The position numbers and the translations under genes were made by a program. Shown one piece after another: positions 27,158 to 35,788 of a stretch of DNA of 64,000 bases (position 1 is its first letter; each line of letters starts with the position of its first letter). The stretch is from Spirochaetia bacterium (GTDB lineage Bacteria; Spirochaetota; Spirochaetia; UBA9216): the NCBI GenBank assembly GCA_963675665.1, contig OY776510.1, positions 1,120,001 through 1,184,000 of the forward strand, in the 5' to 3' direction. The notes under the pieces are model-generated. The model worked only from the letters and a program-made list of their open reading frames with translations, did no database searches and was not told the origin of the DNA.

Positions 27158-28519
27158 TTATTTAAGAAAAGACGCCAGCCCCAGGGCCATGTCGATTCCG
27201 ACTTCTTCAGCGGATTCAGACGCAAGCTGCTGGGCCGATAATACGCTTTCCTCATATGTATCAATGAGAAGTTTGTCTTCCCAGGTCAAAGCCTCTTCGT
27301 TTCCGCTCCATTCGGCCCATTCGCTGCTGTCTTCGGTCAGAATGTTTAATGTGTCGCTTTTCAGAATTGTTCCAGTCTCGACATCTATTGCCCTGTACGA
27401 AACAGTCACCTCGAATTCAATCGATTTTCGGTATATGAAAATATCAGCTTCAATTTCCCTTGTACCGTACACTGTTTCTTCTGCGGATGAGGAATCGGAA
27501 TCAGCGTCTTTATAATACGGATCAGTTTCGGAATCCTTGTAATAACCGAGGCTCTCGGAGTTTTCATTTTTATAATAACCGGAAGACTGTTCGGAGGTTT
27601 CTTCCACTGTGATTTCAGCTGTTCTGTGGTACTGGTTCATTGATGTTTCAGGACCCTCGAGCCGCGCCGAGTCGATAGTGCCTGTGATAAGGATATTTGA
27701 ATTAAGCAGCTGGCCAATTTCAACCCTCGATTCATCATTCATCATCGCATTAAGGGATCCCAACTGTTCTTCAATCAGTTGCTGTTGCATGTTTCGATCA
27801 ATTATTTTTGTAAATTTCATTACGGAAGGATCACTCATCAGTTCAGAAATGGCGGTGTTCAGCATGATGTCTGAAAACTGGGCGGTAGGAATGTTCCATG
27901 CGTTATTTACAAAAGGCAGAAAGGCCAGGATCTGGGTTCCGGCTTCAAGGGCCTGTGACGCCCTGGTTTCAGCATCCTTGTAACCCGGAACATACGACAG
28001 GGCTTTTTCAAATTCCATGGCAGCTGCTTTGGCGTTTTCCCTGCCGCTCAGTTTCTGGAACCGAAGTCCTTCAAGATAATGATCTTCAGCTGCAAGTTCC
28101 AGGGCGGCATCAAGCTCCATGGTGTAATCTGTATATGTAAAACTGATTCCCATTTTGGTTTTAGGATTGATAAGCGGGGGAAGGGTTCTTACCGCTTCGT
28201 TTATATCCTTCAGGTATCCGTAAAACCTGGCAATGTCGTCGTTTGCGAAAGTTTCGCTTCCGGCCCTCTTTTCGTCGATTTTAAGCGCATAGTAACTGTT
28301 TGCCCGAGGGTATATATCTATCAGAAATTCAATTGCCTTTTTGTATTCATTGTCTATTCGAACGGATTCTACTACACTGAGAACTGCAGCGTGATAATTT
28401 CCTCTTTTATCAGCCTGTTTGGCGTCAGACAGGAGGTTTCCTTCTCTGGTAAAAAGTGATTTACAGCCGGTAAAGATGACCGCAGCAGCTATAATTATCA
28501 GTAAAAGTTTTTTCTTCAT
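27158..28519 (-). CDS. Lipoprotein with TPR-like region and CsgG/TolB-N-like C-terminal domain
   Basis: Lipobox IFTGC; YVPGYKDA TPR-like motif; IIDRN...IGQLLNSNILITGTI...YRAIDVETGTIL. Confidence 0.78.
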   Translation of the reverse strand: MKKKLLLIIIAAAVIFTGCKSLFTREGNLLSDAKQADKRGNYHAAVLSVVESVRIDNEYKKAIEFLIDIYPRANSYYALKIDEKRAGSETFANDDIARFYGYLKDINEAVRTLPPLINPKTKMGISFTYTDYTMELDAALELAAEDHYLEGLRFQKLSGRENAKAAAMEFEKALSYVPGYKDAETRASQALEAGTQILAFLPFVNNAWNIPTAQFSDIMLNTAISELMSDPSVMKFTKIIDRNMQQQLIEEQLGSLNAMMNDESRVEIGQLLNSNILITGTIDSARLEGPETSMNQYHRTAEITVEETSEQSSGYYKNENSESLGYYKDSETDPYYKDADSDSSSAEETVYGTREIEADIFIYRKSIEFEVTVSYRAIDVETGTILKSDTLNILTEDSSEWAEWSGNEEALTWEDKLLIDTYEESVLSAQQLASESAEEVGIDMALGLASFLK

Positions 28520-28565
28520 GGTTTTCTCCTATAAAAACTTTATGCCATGAGGGCAGGTTAGGGGG

Positions 28566-28650
28566 TGAAGTTTGATGAGCAACGCTTGTCAAACTTCAAA
28601 AAGATAAAAGAACAAAAGTACGAAGTACTTTAGAAGTTTCTTTTATCTTT
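28566..28650. other. Two adjacent long hairpins in the intergenic/5' leader region
   Basis: TGAAGTTTGA/TCAAACTTCA (28566-28598) and AAAGATAAAAGAA/TTCTTTTATCTTT with inner AAAGTAC-GAA-GTACTTT (28600-28650). Confidence 0.7.
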
Positions 28651-28773
28651 CCTCCTCTTTCTTTAAGACTATCCAATTTTCGGCTTCGGCGCAACTAAAA
28701 TTAATTTATGTATATCCCCGGAAGTAATGAACAGGCCTGTATTCAGTTTTCGGATACCGCTGTATAATAAAGA

Positions 28774-29619
28774 ATGGAAATTGGAAAATACAACCGTGGG
28801 AAAATTGTCCTTCTAACTGAAAAAGCATGCTTTATCGATCTGGGTGGAGAAAAGGATGTTTTTTTGCCTCCCTATGAGGCTCCGGATGGCGCAAAAACCG
28901 GGGATGAAATAGAAGTTTTCGTTTATAATACTTCAGCTGATGAATTCCGGGCCACAACAGTCAGGCCGTATGCCCGGCTGGGAGAATTCGCTTCCCTTGA
29001 AGTGACAGAAGTTACCTCATTCGGTATGTTTCTCAACTGGGGGCTGCAGAAAGATCTTTTTGTTCCGACGAGGAATATTCGTACAGAACTGAAGCCGGGT
29101 GATATGGCGGTAGTTAAAATAGTAACCGACTATGCCGGCAAAGGCGTTATCGGCACCAGCCGGTTTGATGATCTGTTTGAAAAACTGCCCGATGATGCAG
29201 CTGAAAAAATGACGCCGAACCGAAAAGTGGATCTTATAATCTACGGTTTTTCACGGCTGGGCGTGCGGGTGATTGTGGACGGAAAATATTCGGGAATGCT
29301 GTACGGGAACGAGGTTTTCGAAAAACTGCGGATCGGCGATCTGCATACCGGTTATATCAAGAAAGTCCGAGAGGACGGACTTATAGACGCGGCCCTTCAG
29401 CCTCAGGGGTTCAGGGCGGCAACAAGCGATGCCAGGCGGGTGATTCTTGATGCTCTTGAAGGCGCAGGAGGGTTTCTTCCTCTTAATGATAAAACCGGTG
29501 CAGACAAGATCAAAGAAAGCCTTCTGATGAGTAAAAAGGTATTCAAAAAAACTATCGGCGGGCTTTACAGGGAAAAGAAAATAATCATTGAAGATAAAGG
29601 AATAAGGCTATTGCGTTAG
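28774..29619 (+). CDS. cvfB: CvfB/YitL family S1 RNA-binding protein
   Basis: MEIGKYN, GMFLNWGLQKDLFVP, GYIKKVREDG.ID, C-terminal DKT...I...MSKKVFKKTIGGLY winged helix. Confidence 0.92.
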   Translation: MEIGKYNRGKIVLLTEKACFIDLGGEKDVFLPPYEAPDGAKTGDEIEVFVYNTSADEFRATTVRPYARLGEFASLEVTEVTSFGMFLNWGLQKDLFVPTRNIRTELKPGDMAVVKIVTDYAGKGVIGTSRFDDLFEKLPDDAAEKMTPNRKVDLIIYGFSRLGVRVIVDGKYSGMLYGNEVFEKLRIGDLHTGYIKKVREDGLIDAALQPQGFRAATSDARRVILDALEGAGGFLPLNDKTGADKIKESLLMSKKVFKKTIGGLYREKKIIIEDKGIRLLR

Positions 29620-29646
29620 TTCTGCATTTTCAATATCTTCTTTAAT

Positions 29647-30438
29647 ATGAATCAGGACCAGATAAAAGATATACTTCTGCAGATCAACGATGATGTGGAG
29701 GAGTTTTTTGTTATTTTCTCGGGAAAATCAAGCAAAAAGGTAAACGGGCTGTATCATCCGGACAGCCGTGAGATAATAATACACAATAAAAATTTTCAAA
29801 ATGATCAGCTGCTTCTTTATACAGCAATCCATGAGTTTGCGCATCATGTACATATAACGCAATCTCCGATTCCTGTAGGTTCCAGGGCGCACACAATTGA
29901 GTTCAGACGAATTTTTCATGAACTTTTAAATGTTGCAGAGCAGAAAGGTTTTATCAGGAATGTTTTTGAAGCTGATCAGGATTTTGCCGTTCTTACCGAA
30001 GCGATAAAAAAGAATATGATAGGGCCCCAGGGCGAACTTGCCCGGAAACTGGGCGAGGCTTTTATGCAGGCGCAGGCTCTTTGCGAGAAAAAAGGATACC
30101 GCTTTGAAGATTATATTGAGCGGGTTCTCCAGTTTGATACTTCAACTGCGCGTACCCTGATGAAAGCGAATAATTACGATCTTCCTTCGACATTAGGTTA
30201 TGAAAACATGAAGCTTATTGCCGCTGTAGCCGATGACGACAGCCGCGAGCAGATTCAGAGCAGCCTTATGAGCGGCAACAGCCGCGATACCGCCAAGTTT
30301 TCAATAAAAAAGCCGGAAGATCAGGACCCTGTTACAAAACTGCTTAAAGAAAAAAAACGGATTGAAAAGACAATAGACAGTCTTACTAAAAAACTTGAGC
30401 AGGTTAAAATTAACCTCGAGAAGATGGACCAGGTTTAA
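29647..30438 (+). CDS. Hypothetical protein: SprT-like HExxH metalloprotease domain plus helical/coiled-coil C-terminus
   Basis: NGLY....EIIIH...YTAIHEFAHH...AHTIEF zincin pattern; C-terminal coiled coil. Confidence 0.75.
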   Translation: MNQDQIKDILLQINDDVEEFFVIFSGKSSKKVNGLYHPDSREIIIHNKNFQNDQLLLYTAIHEFAHHVHITQSPIPVGSRAHTIEFRRIFHELLNVAEQKGFIRNVFEADQDFAVLTEAIKKNMIGPQGELARKLGEAFMQAQALCEKKGYRFEDYIERVLQFDTSTARTLMKANNYDLPSTLGYENMKLIAAVADDDSREQIQSSLMSGNSRDTAKFSIKKPEDQDPVTKLLKEKKRIEKTIDSLTKKLEQVKINLEKMDQV

Positions 30439-30479
30439 AGTTATAAATGTGATATCTTTGGTCTCGGAGGTGTTACCTT

Positions 30480-31148
30480 ATGAAAAAAAGTTTTTTACTG
30501 TTATTTATTATTGTTGTCCTGTTCTTTTATGGATGCGGAGATTCAGATGATCCCGCTGATTATTCCGGAGAATACAACGGTTCCATGCTCTATGACGGGG
30601 AATTCTGCGGGGTTTGGTATGCAGTTGTCGGAACTGATCAATCGGTAGATCTGGAAGCTGAGGACGGGATTCTTCGCACTTTCAAAGGATCTGTTTTTTC
30701 TTCCGGTCGGGTCAGCGTAACAGGCTGCGATGAAACTGCAACAACAGGCAGCGGCAACTGCACAATTGAAAACAATTATGTTTCAGGATCACTGGATACT
30801 GACGGGTTTGATATTGATCTTGAAGGGAAATTTCTCGATACAGATGCTGATTACTCCGGAACAAGGTATGAGGAAACAGAAGAAGGTTATTACTATAAAT
30901 ATGTTATAGGCAGCGACAACAGTTATGCTGTTTATGACTACCTGGAAGCTGAAGAGGTATATAACACTACCCCGATAGATGAGGGTGATTTCACTATTAG
31001 CGGATGCAGAATTAACCTTATGCCGGATAACGGAGTGACGGAATCCGGGTTGGTTTACCTTACAGATGATGACATTTTTCTTATTGCGCTTGAAGGGCTT
31101 TCTCCGGTTATGAGCCTTTGCAGGACTGATCCGGCTGCAGGCAACTGA
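30480..31148 (+). CDS. Acidic hypothetical lipoprotein
   Basis: GGAGG SD, MKK signal peptide with lipobox FFYGC; very Asp/Glu/Tyr-rich, beta-type sequence. Confidence 0.75.
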   Translation: MKKSFLLLFIIVVLFFYGCGDSDDPADYSGEYNGSMLYDGEFCGVWYAVVGTDQSVDLEAEDGILRTFKGSVFSSGRVSVTGCDETATTGSGNCTIENNYVSGSLDTDGFDIDLEGKFLDTDADYSGTRYEETEEGYYYKYVIGSDNSYAVYDYLEAEEVYNTTPIDEGDFTISGCRINLMPDNGVTESGLVYLTDDDIFLIALEGLSPVMSLCRTDPAAGN

Positions 31149-31155
31149 TATTATT

Positions 31156-32994
31156 TTAAAAATATCTTCTTCGGCTGTTCAGTGTGAGGAGGTTTTTCAA
31201 TTCAACCTCTCCCGCGGATTCAAGCCATTTCTGTTTGAATTCCGGGAGACTCATCAGCGAAGCTATTGCCGCAATAGTCTTCAGATGAAGAGCCTTTCTG
31301 TCTTTTGTTCCGCCAAGAAGAAAGATTGCTTTTACCTCCGGCTCATCTTCTGTAAACCTGATGCCGGTTTTTGCACGGATGATATGCATGAACATCTTGC
31401 TTTCTCCTTCAATGACGATGTGGGGTATTGCGAGAAATTCGGAGATTGCCGTATTTGATTCCGCCTGTCTTTCGAGGAAACGTTTTATTATTTCTTTTCC
31501 GGGCATGCTGATTTTGTCCTCGATTTTTTTCGAGATCAGGTTAAGCAGTGCTTCGAAATCCGGATTTCCCGGAATATCCGTGATTTCAGCGCCCTTGATA
31601 AGGATATCGAAATTATCCTGTTCGATATTGTCCCGGTTTATTATTATATCGCGGAATTCATCTTCAATCGAACCGTCGAGCAGTCTCTCATCGGTAATCC
31701 TTTTCAGAAGGTGCAGAAATGCGGATTCGTGACTGGCGTTCTTTCGGCCGTAAAAAAGGTATATAAGCACGCCGGCAAGGACAAGTACAACACTTATTTC
31801 AATTGCGGACAACCCAAGGTCGACTATAAAGAATGAAAACAATCCGATTGATATTATCTGCAAAAAAGGGTAAAAAGGCGTCCTGAAGCTGGGTTTGTAG
31901 TTCGTAATTCTGCTTTCCCTGAAAATAATTACCGCCATATTGGTTAATACATATGATGTCAGAATAACGGTAGACGCAACCTTTACCAGTGTTTCAAGCG
32001 GAAGAAGCAGCGAAATAAAAACAATTATTCCGGTGGTAATGACAGCCGGAACAGGGGTGCCGGTTTTTTTACTGATTTTTCCTATTCTTTTCGGCAGAAG
32101 GTTGTCCGCGCTCAGCGCAAGAGGATACCTGGATGCAGCCATAATTCCGGCGTTTGCTGTTGTAAAAAAGGCGAGAGTTGATGCTATAAGGATCATTATG
32201 TAGCCGGCCGGTCCAAGCGTTACCCTGGCGGAATCCGCTACCGGCGTCATTGAGTCCCTGAAAGTTTCAGGACTCAGTGTTCCTGTAATAATAAATGTAA
32301 TCAAAGTATATATGACGGTAACTGCCACGATGGAAAGAATCATTCCCAGCGGGAGGTTTCTTTTCGGGTTTGAAACCTCTTCGGAAATATTGGCCACTTT
32401 CAGCAGTCCTCCGAAAGAGATAAAGATAAAGCCGGCAGTAATCAGTATATTGTTGATTTTTACCGACCTGAAACCGCTGAAATGTGACATATCCACACTG
32501 GAGAAACCTGTGACTATATAAACAGCCATAAGTGAAAGCAGCATTATAACCATGCCCGTCTGGAAAATTGCCGCTTCCTTTACACCGACAATATTAAGCA
32601 TTACAAAAAGCACACATAAAACCGAACCGCTGATAAGGGGAGAAATGCCGGTATACAGGTATATTATTTCGGAGATACCGTAAATGGCAAAGGCGCTTTT
32701 CAGCGAAAGGGCAACCAGGCCCAGAAACCCGGAAACGGATCCGAGCAGGGGCCCGAATGTTTTATTTATAAAGTAGAAATCGCCGCCGGCTTTGGGCATT
32801 GCCGTTGCAAGCTCAATCATGCTGAGGACCCCCATTATGCCCAGAAGGCCTGCTATAAAATATGAAACAAAGACTGCAGGGCCGACTCTCGCAAAGGCCA
32901 TTCCCGGAAGGATGAAAATACCGGAACTGATCATAGCCCCTGTGGCTATGCTGAATACCCCGAACGCATTTATGTCTTTTTTCAGATTAGCCAT
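31156..32994 (-). CDS. APC family amino acid permease fused to a PTS EIIA-2 domain
   Basis: GAMISSGIFILPG, ELATAMPKAGG, about 12 TM helices; C-terminal LERQAESNTAI...AIPH EIIA motif. Confidence 0.92.
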   Translation of the reverse strand: MANLKKDINAFGVFSIATGAMISSGIFILPGMAFARVGPAVFVSYFIAGLLGIMGVLSMIELATAMPKAGGDFYFINKTFGPLLGSVSGFLGLVALSLKSAFAIYGISEIIYLYTGISPLISGSVLCVLFVMLNIVGVKEAAIFQTGMVIMLLSLMAVYIVTGFSSVDMSHFSGFRSVKINNILITAGFIFISFGGLLKVANISEEVSNPKRNLPLGMILSIVAVTVIYTLITFIITGTLSPETFRDSMTPVADSARVTLGPAGYIMILIASTLAFFTTANAGIMAASRYPLALSADNLLPKRIGKISKKTGTPVPAVITTGIIVFISLLLPLETLVKVASTVILTSYVLTNMAVIIFRESRITNYKPSFRTPFYPFLQIISIGLFSFFIVDLGLSAIEISVVLVLAGVLIYLFYGRKNASHESAFLHLLKRITDERLLDGSIEDEFRDIIINRDNIEQDNFDILIKGAEITDIPGNPDFEALLNLISKKIEDKISMPGKEIIKRFLERQAESNTAISEFLAIPHIVIEGESKMFMHIIRAKTGIRFTEDEPEVKAIFLLGGTKDRKALHLKTIAAIASLMSLPEFKQKWLESAGEVELKNLLTLNSRRRYF

Positions 32995-33061
32995 GGCTTC
33001 CTCCTTTCAAGAATATACTATTATTGGCGGAGAAATTATAACATAATTATTGTTTTAGATA

Positions 33062-33094
33062 TAAAAAAGGGTTTCGACTTTCCGTCAAAACCCT
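33062..33094 (-). terminator. Rho-independent terminator (minus strand) downstream of the psp operon 3' region
   Basis: Minus strand AGGGTTTTGAC-GGAAA-GTCGAAACCCT followed by a T-run. Confidence 0.8.
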
Positions 33095-33232
33095 CGAATG
33101 TTCTATATTGTGAAGTTTTTCCTTCAGGTAAAACTTTAAATTGAAAACGCGGGAACAGTTTCCGATGTTGTAATATTTCCCGATATCGGTTTTTTCTATG
33201 GAGTATTTCATCCGAAGGAAGAAATACTCCAA

Positions 33233-33266
33233 AAATAAATCCGTAAGCGCAGCGCCGGATTTATTT
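33233..33266 (-). terminator. Hairpin at the pspC stop codon (terminator or processing site)
   Basis: AAATAAATCCG/CGGATTTATTT inverted repeat. Confidence 0.6.
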
Positions 33267-33617
33267 ACCGTTATGGAATCTTCGATCCCAGTCGTTTTCC
33301 TTGTCGCCGGTAGCCTCATCTTCCATTTTGTTTACCCTGTCTTTAAGATCATCAAACTGATCCTTGATATCATCCATTGTCGATCTTCGTGACTCACGCC
33401 TGTAACCTCCTCTGGGTTCAAGCGGGATGATAAACCCTGCCAGCAGATAAATTATTACACAGGGGGCCACTGCCGTAGCAAGGCAAATGATAATGAAGAT
33501 AAGCCTAACAACTGATACCGGCATATCCTTCCAGTCGGCTAAACCCTGGCAGATTCCCAGCAGCATGCCGTTTCTTGATCTGTATAATCTTCTGCTTGTG
33601 TATGTCATAACAGTCAT
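33261..33617 (-). CDS. pspC: Phage shock protein PspC
   Basis: RLYRSRNGMLLGICQGLA...VRLIF...YLLAGFIIP PspC domain plus C-terminal coiled coil; follows pspA-pspB. Confidence 0.92.
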   Translation of the reverse strand: MTVMTYTSRRLYRSRNGMLLGICQGLADWKDMPVSVVRLIFIIICLATAVAPCVIIYLLAGFIIPLEPRGGYRRESRRSTMDDIKDQFDDLKDRVNKMEDEATGDKENDWDRRFHNGK

Positions 33618-33626
33618 CGCTCCTTG

Positions 33627-33860
33627 TTATTTTTTCCAGTTCTTCAGAGTTTCAAGATTTTCGATTCTGCGGTTAAGGTCTTTTAACCCTCTCGATATCT
33701 CGTTAAGCTCTTCATTTTCATCCCGTTCGCGCCGCCGGCCCCGTTTTTTGTGACTGCCGCTGCCCGTAGTCATTCTGATTACAAGCAGAACGAATATGAA
33801 CGGCGCGGCAATTGCGAACAGGGTGATGATTAAACCGGTATTAATTATTGTCTCCAGCAT
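33627..33860 (-). CDS. pspB: PspB-like membrane protein
   Basis: N-terminal TM helix and C-terminal LNRRIENLET; lies between pspA and pspC. Confidence 0.72.
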   Translation of the reverse strand: MLETIINTGLIITLFAIAAPFIFVLLVIRMTTGSGSHKKRGRRRERDENEELNEISRGLKDLNRRIENLETLKNWKK

Positions 33861-34536
33861 TGGTTGTCTTGTCCTTTCCCTGCTTCATGCTCTTTTTTAA
33901 AGAGGCAAGTTCATCTTCAATCTCTGATTCGTGCTCCATTCTGGTGAATTCATTCTCGCTCGGATTCGAATAGCCTGTGTATACCATTTCCGCATCGGCT
34001 TCCATACGCTCAATTCTGCCTTCCAGATCTTCGAATCTCATTGATGCATCAAGTCCGGAAGCATTTCTGATGGATTGCCTGGCACGCATCTTTTCATTTG
34101 CATGAATGCCTCTCTGTATAAGTATACGTCTTTTCTGTTTAACTGTCTCAAGTTTTTCCTCAAGCTGAAGTATATTGGCCCGGCTTTCTTCAATAAGGCT
34201 GTCGAACTGTACAAGGTCATTCTCAGTCAGTTCCAGCTGATTTGCCACTGCCTTTTTTTCAACCAGCGCTTCGCGGGCCAGATCGTCGCGGTTTTTTTCA
34301 ACGGCAAGTTTGGCTCTGCCGTCCCAGCGATCTGCCTTTTCTTTCAATACGTCCCGTTCCCGTTCTGTTTTTGCCCTGTCCGCCATTGATGCGGCACATG
34401 AGGATTTTAACTCAACGAGAGTATCTTCCATTTCCCGGATCATAAGATTTATCATCTTTTCAGGATCTTCCGCCTTGTCAAGCATTGAATTGATATTTGA
34501 GTTTACTATGTCCTTGAATCTTGTAAATACGCCCAT
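33841..34536 (-). CDS. pspA: Phage shock protein PspA
   Basis: MGVFTRFKDIVNSNINSMLDKAEDPEKMI.L.IREMED...REALVEK...EIEDELASLK. Confidence 0.97.
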   Translation of the reverse strand: MGVFTRFKDIVNSNINSMLDKAEDPEKMINLMIREMEDTLVELKSSCAASMADRAKTERERDVLKEKADRWDGRAKLAVEKNRDDLAREALVEKKAVANQLELTENDLVQFDSLIEESRANILQLEEKLETVKQKRRILIQRGIHANEKMRARQSIRNASGLDASMRFEDLEGRIERMEADAEMVYTGYSNPSENEFTRMEHESEIEDELASLKKSMKQGKDKTTNAGDNN

Positions 34537-34573
34537 ATTTTTCTCCTATTAAAATTTTCCGTACCTACATATA

Positions 34574-34590
34574 TGCATTAAACATACCAA
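34574..34590 (-). promoter_or_regulatory. Sigma54 (-24/-12) promoter of pspA
   Basis: Minus strand TTGGTATGTTTAATGCA = GG-N10-GC, about 40 bp upstream of pspA; divergent bEBP gene. Confidence 0.85.
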
Positions 34591-34684
34591 GTAGAGGAAA
34601 ATGTCACTTTTTTGGTCAATTCAGCCCGTTTTTTGGTTTTTTAGAGCCGATCCTGCAATTTTTGACGGTTCTATGATCTTTACG

Positions 34685-34772
34685 TGGTTAAAAAGACCAA
34701 TTAAAATGGTAAAATTTGCCATATATAAAAATAATACTGGTCAAAAAAACCATTATATGGTAAATTATACCT
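34685..34772. promoter_or_regulatory. Four TGGT-N7-RCCW boxes, putative PspF enhancer (UAS) sites
   Basis: 34685 TGGTTAAAAAGACCA; 34707 TGGTAAAATTTGCCA; 34738 TGGTCAAAAAAACCA; 34758 TGGTAAATTATACCT. Confidence 0.75.
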
Positions 34773-34774
34773 AA

Positions 34775-35788
34775 ATGAAATTTCCCGGATTCGTCGAACG
34801 CGAAGCTCTGGGAGAATCTGAAATTTTCCTTAATTTTCAGGCGGAACTCAGCCGGGTGGCTGGGATAAACAGATCTGTAATGATAATAGGTGAGAGAGGA
34901 ACCGGAAAGGAGCTGGCGGCCGCAAGACTGCATTATCTTTCCGGACGCTGGGAGGCCCCTTTCATCACACTTAACTGCGCAGCTCTGCCCCCGACATTGA
35001 TTGAAACAGAATTATTCGGACACAGTACGGGAGCTTTTACCGGAGCGGGTAAAGCCAGAAAAGGAAGATTTGAAGAAGCCGACGGGGGGACCCTGTTTCT
35101 TGATGAAATGGGGTTAATCCCTCTGGAGGTTCAGGAAAAGATTCTCAGGGTTGTCGAATACGGCAGTTTTGAGCGTGTGGGCAGTTCAGAGACTATCGAA
35201 GTTGATGTCCGCATTGTCGCTGCCACAAACCAGAACATGCCCGAGCTTTGCGAACAGAATAAATTTAAACGGGATTTACTCGATCGGCTCTCTTTTGAAG
35301 TCCTGTTTCTTCCGCCCCTCAGAGAGCGCGGCACCGATAAACTGCTGCTGGCCGAACATTTTGCAGTACGTATGTCCAATGAACTGGGCAAAGCGGGCGC
35401 ACCGGTTTTTTCCGATAATGTTAAGCTTTTAATTGAGACTTACTCCTGGCCGGGAAACATTCGGGAACTGAAAAATGTGATAGAACGGGCTGTTTATAAA
35501 TGCAGCAGTAAAACACTTGAAGATTTGACCATTGACCCGTTTAAAAATCCGTATAAAACACCTGAATGTAAACCCGAAGAACCAGCCGCTGCAGAATTTA
35601 TCGAAAAAACAGTTTCTCCTTTGCCGAAACTAAATGATTTCCGTAGAAACATTCATGAAATTGAGTTAAGTTATCTTAGGCGGGCCCTTGAAGAAAGCAG
35701 CAATAACCAGAAGCTTGCTGCCGAGATGTTATCTCTGACATATGATCAGTTTCGCGGGCTTTACAGAAAATACCGGGAGGAACTATGA
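34775..35788 (+). CDS. pspF: Phage shock operon sigma54 activator PspF
   Basis: GERGTGKELAAARLHYLS, ELFGHSTGAFTGA, WPGNIRELKNVIER, C-terminal AAEMLSLTYDQFRGL HTH; no receiver domain; divergent from pspA. Confidence 0.96.
   Translation: MKFPGFVEREALGESEIFLNFQAELSRVAGINRSVMIIGERGTGKELAAARLHYLSGRWEAPFITLNCAALPPTLIETELFGHSTGAFTGAGKARKGRFEEADGGTLFLDEMGLIPLEVQEKILRVVEYGSFERVGSSETIEVDVRIVAATNQNMPELCEQNKFKRDLLDRLSFEVLFLPPLRERGTDKLLLAEHFAVRMSNELGKAGAPVFSDNVKLLIETYSWPGNIRELKNVIERAVYKCSSKTLEDLTIDPFKNPYKTPECKPEEPAAAEFIEKTVSPLPKLNDFRRNIHEIELSYLRRALEESSNNQKLAAEMLSLTYDQFRGLYRKYREEL

Noticed and set aside
15820-28550. Similar sequence upstream of two lipoprotein starts (TTTCTCCTGTAAAAAACTTTCACCATG at 15820 vs TTTCTCCTATAAAAACTTTATGCCATG at 28523)
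   Set aside because: Mostly SD plus an A/U-rich enhancer; a similar string precedes pspA, so it is probably generic translation-initiation context
33047-33319. 90-aa minus-strand ORF (and the 33198-33392 plus-strand ORF) spanning the psp 3' region
   Set aside because: Overlaps pspC out of frame, runs through terminator hairpins, and has no SD or recognisable motif
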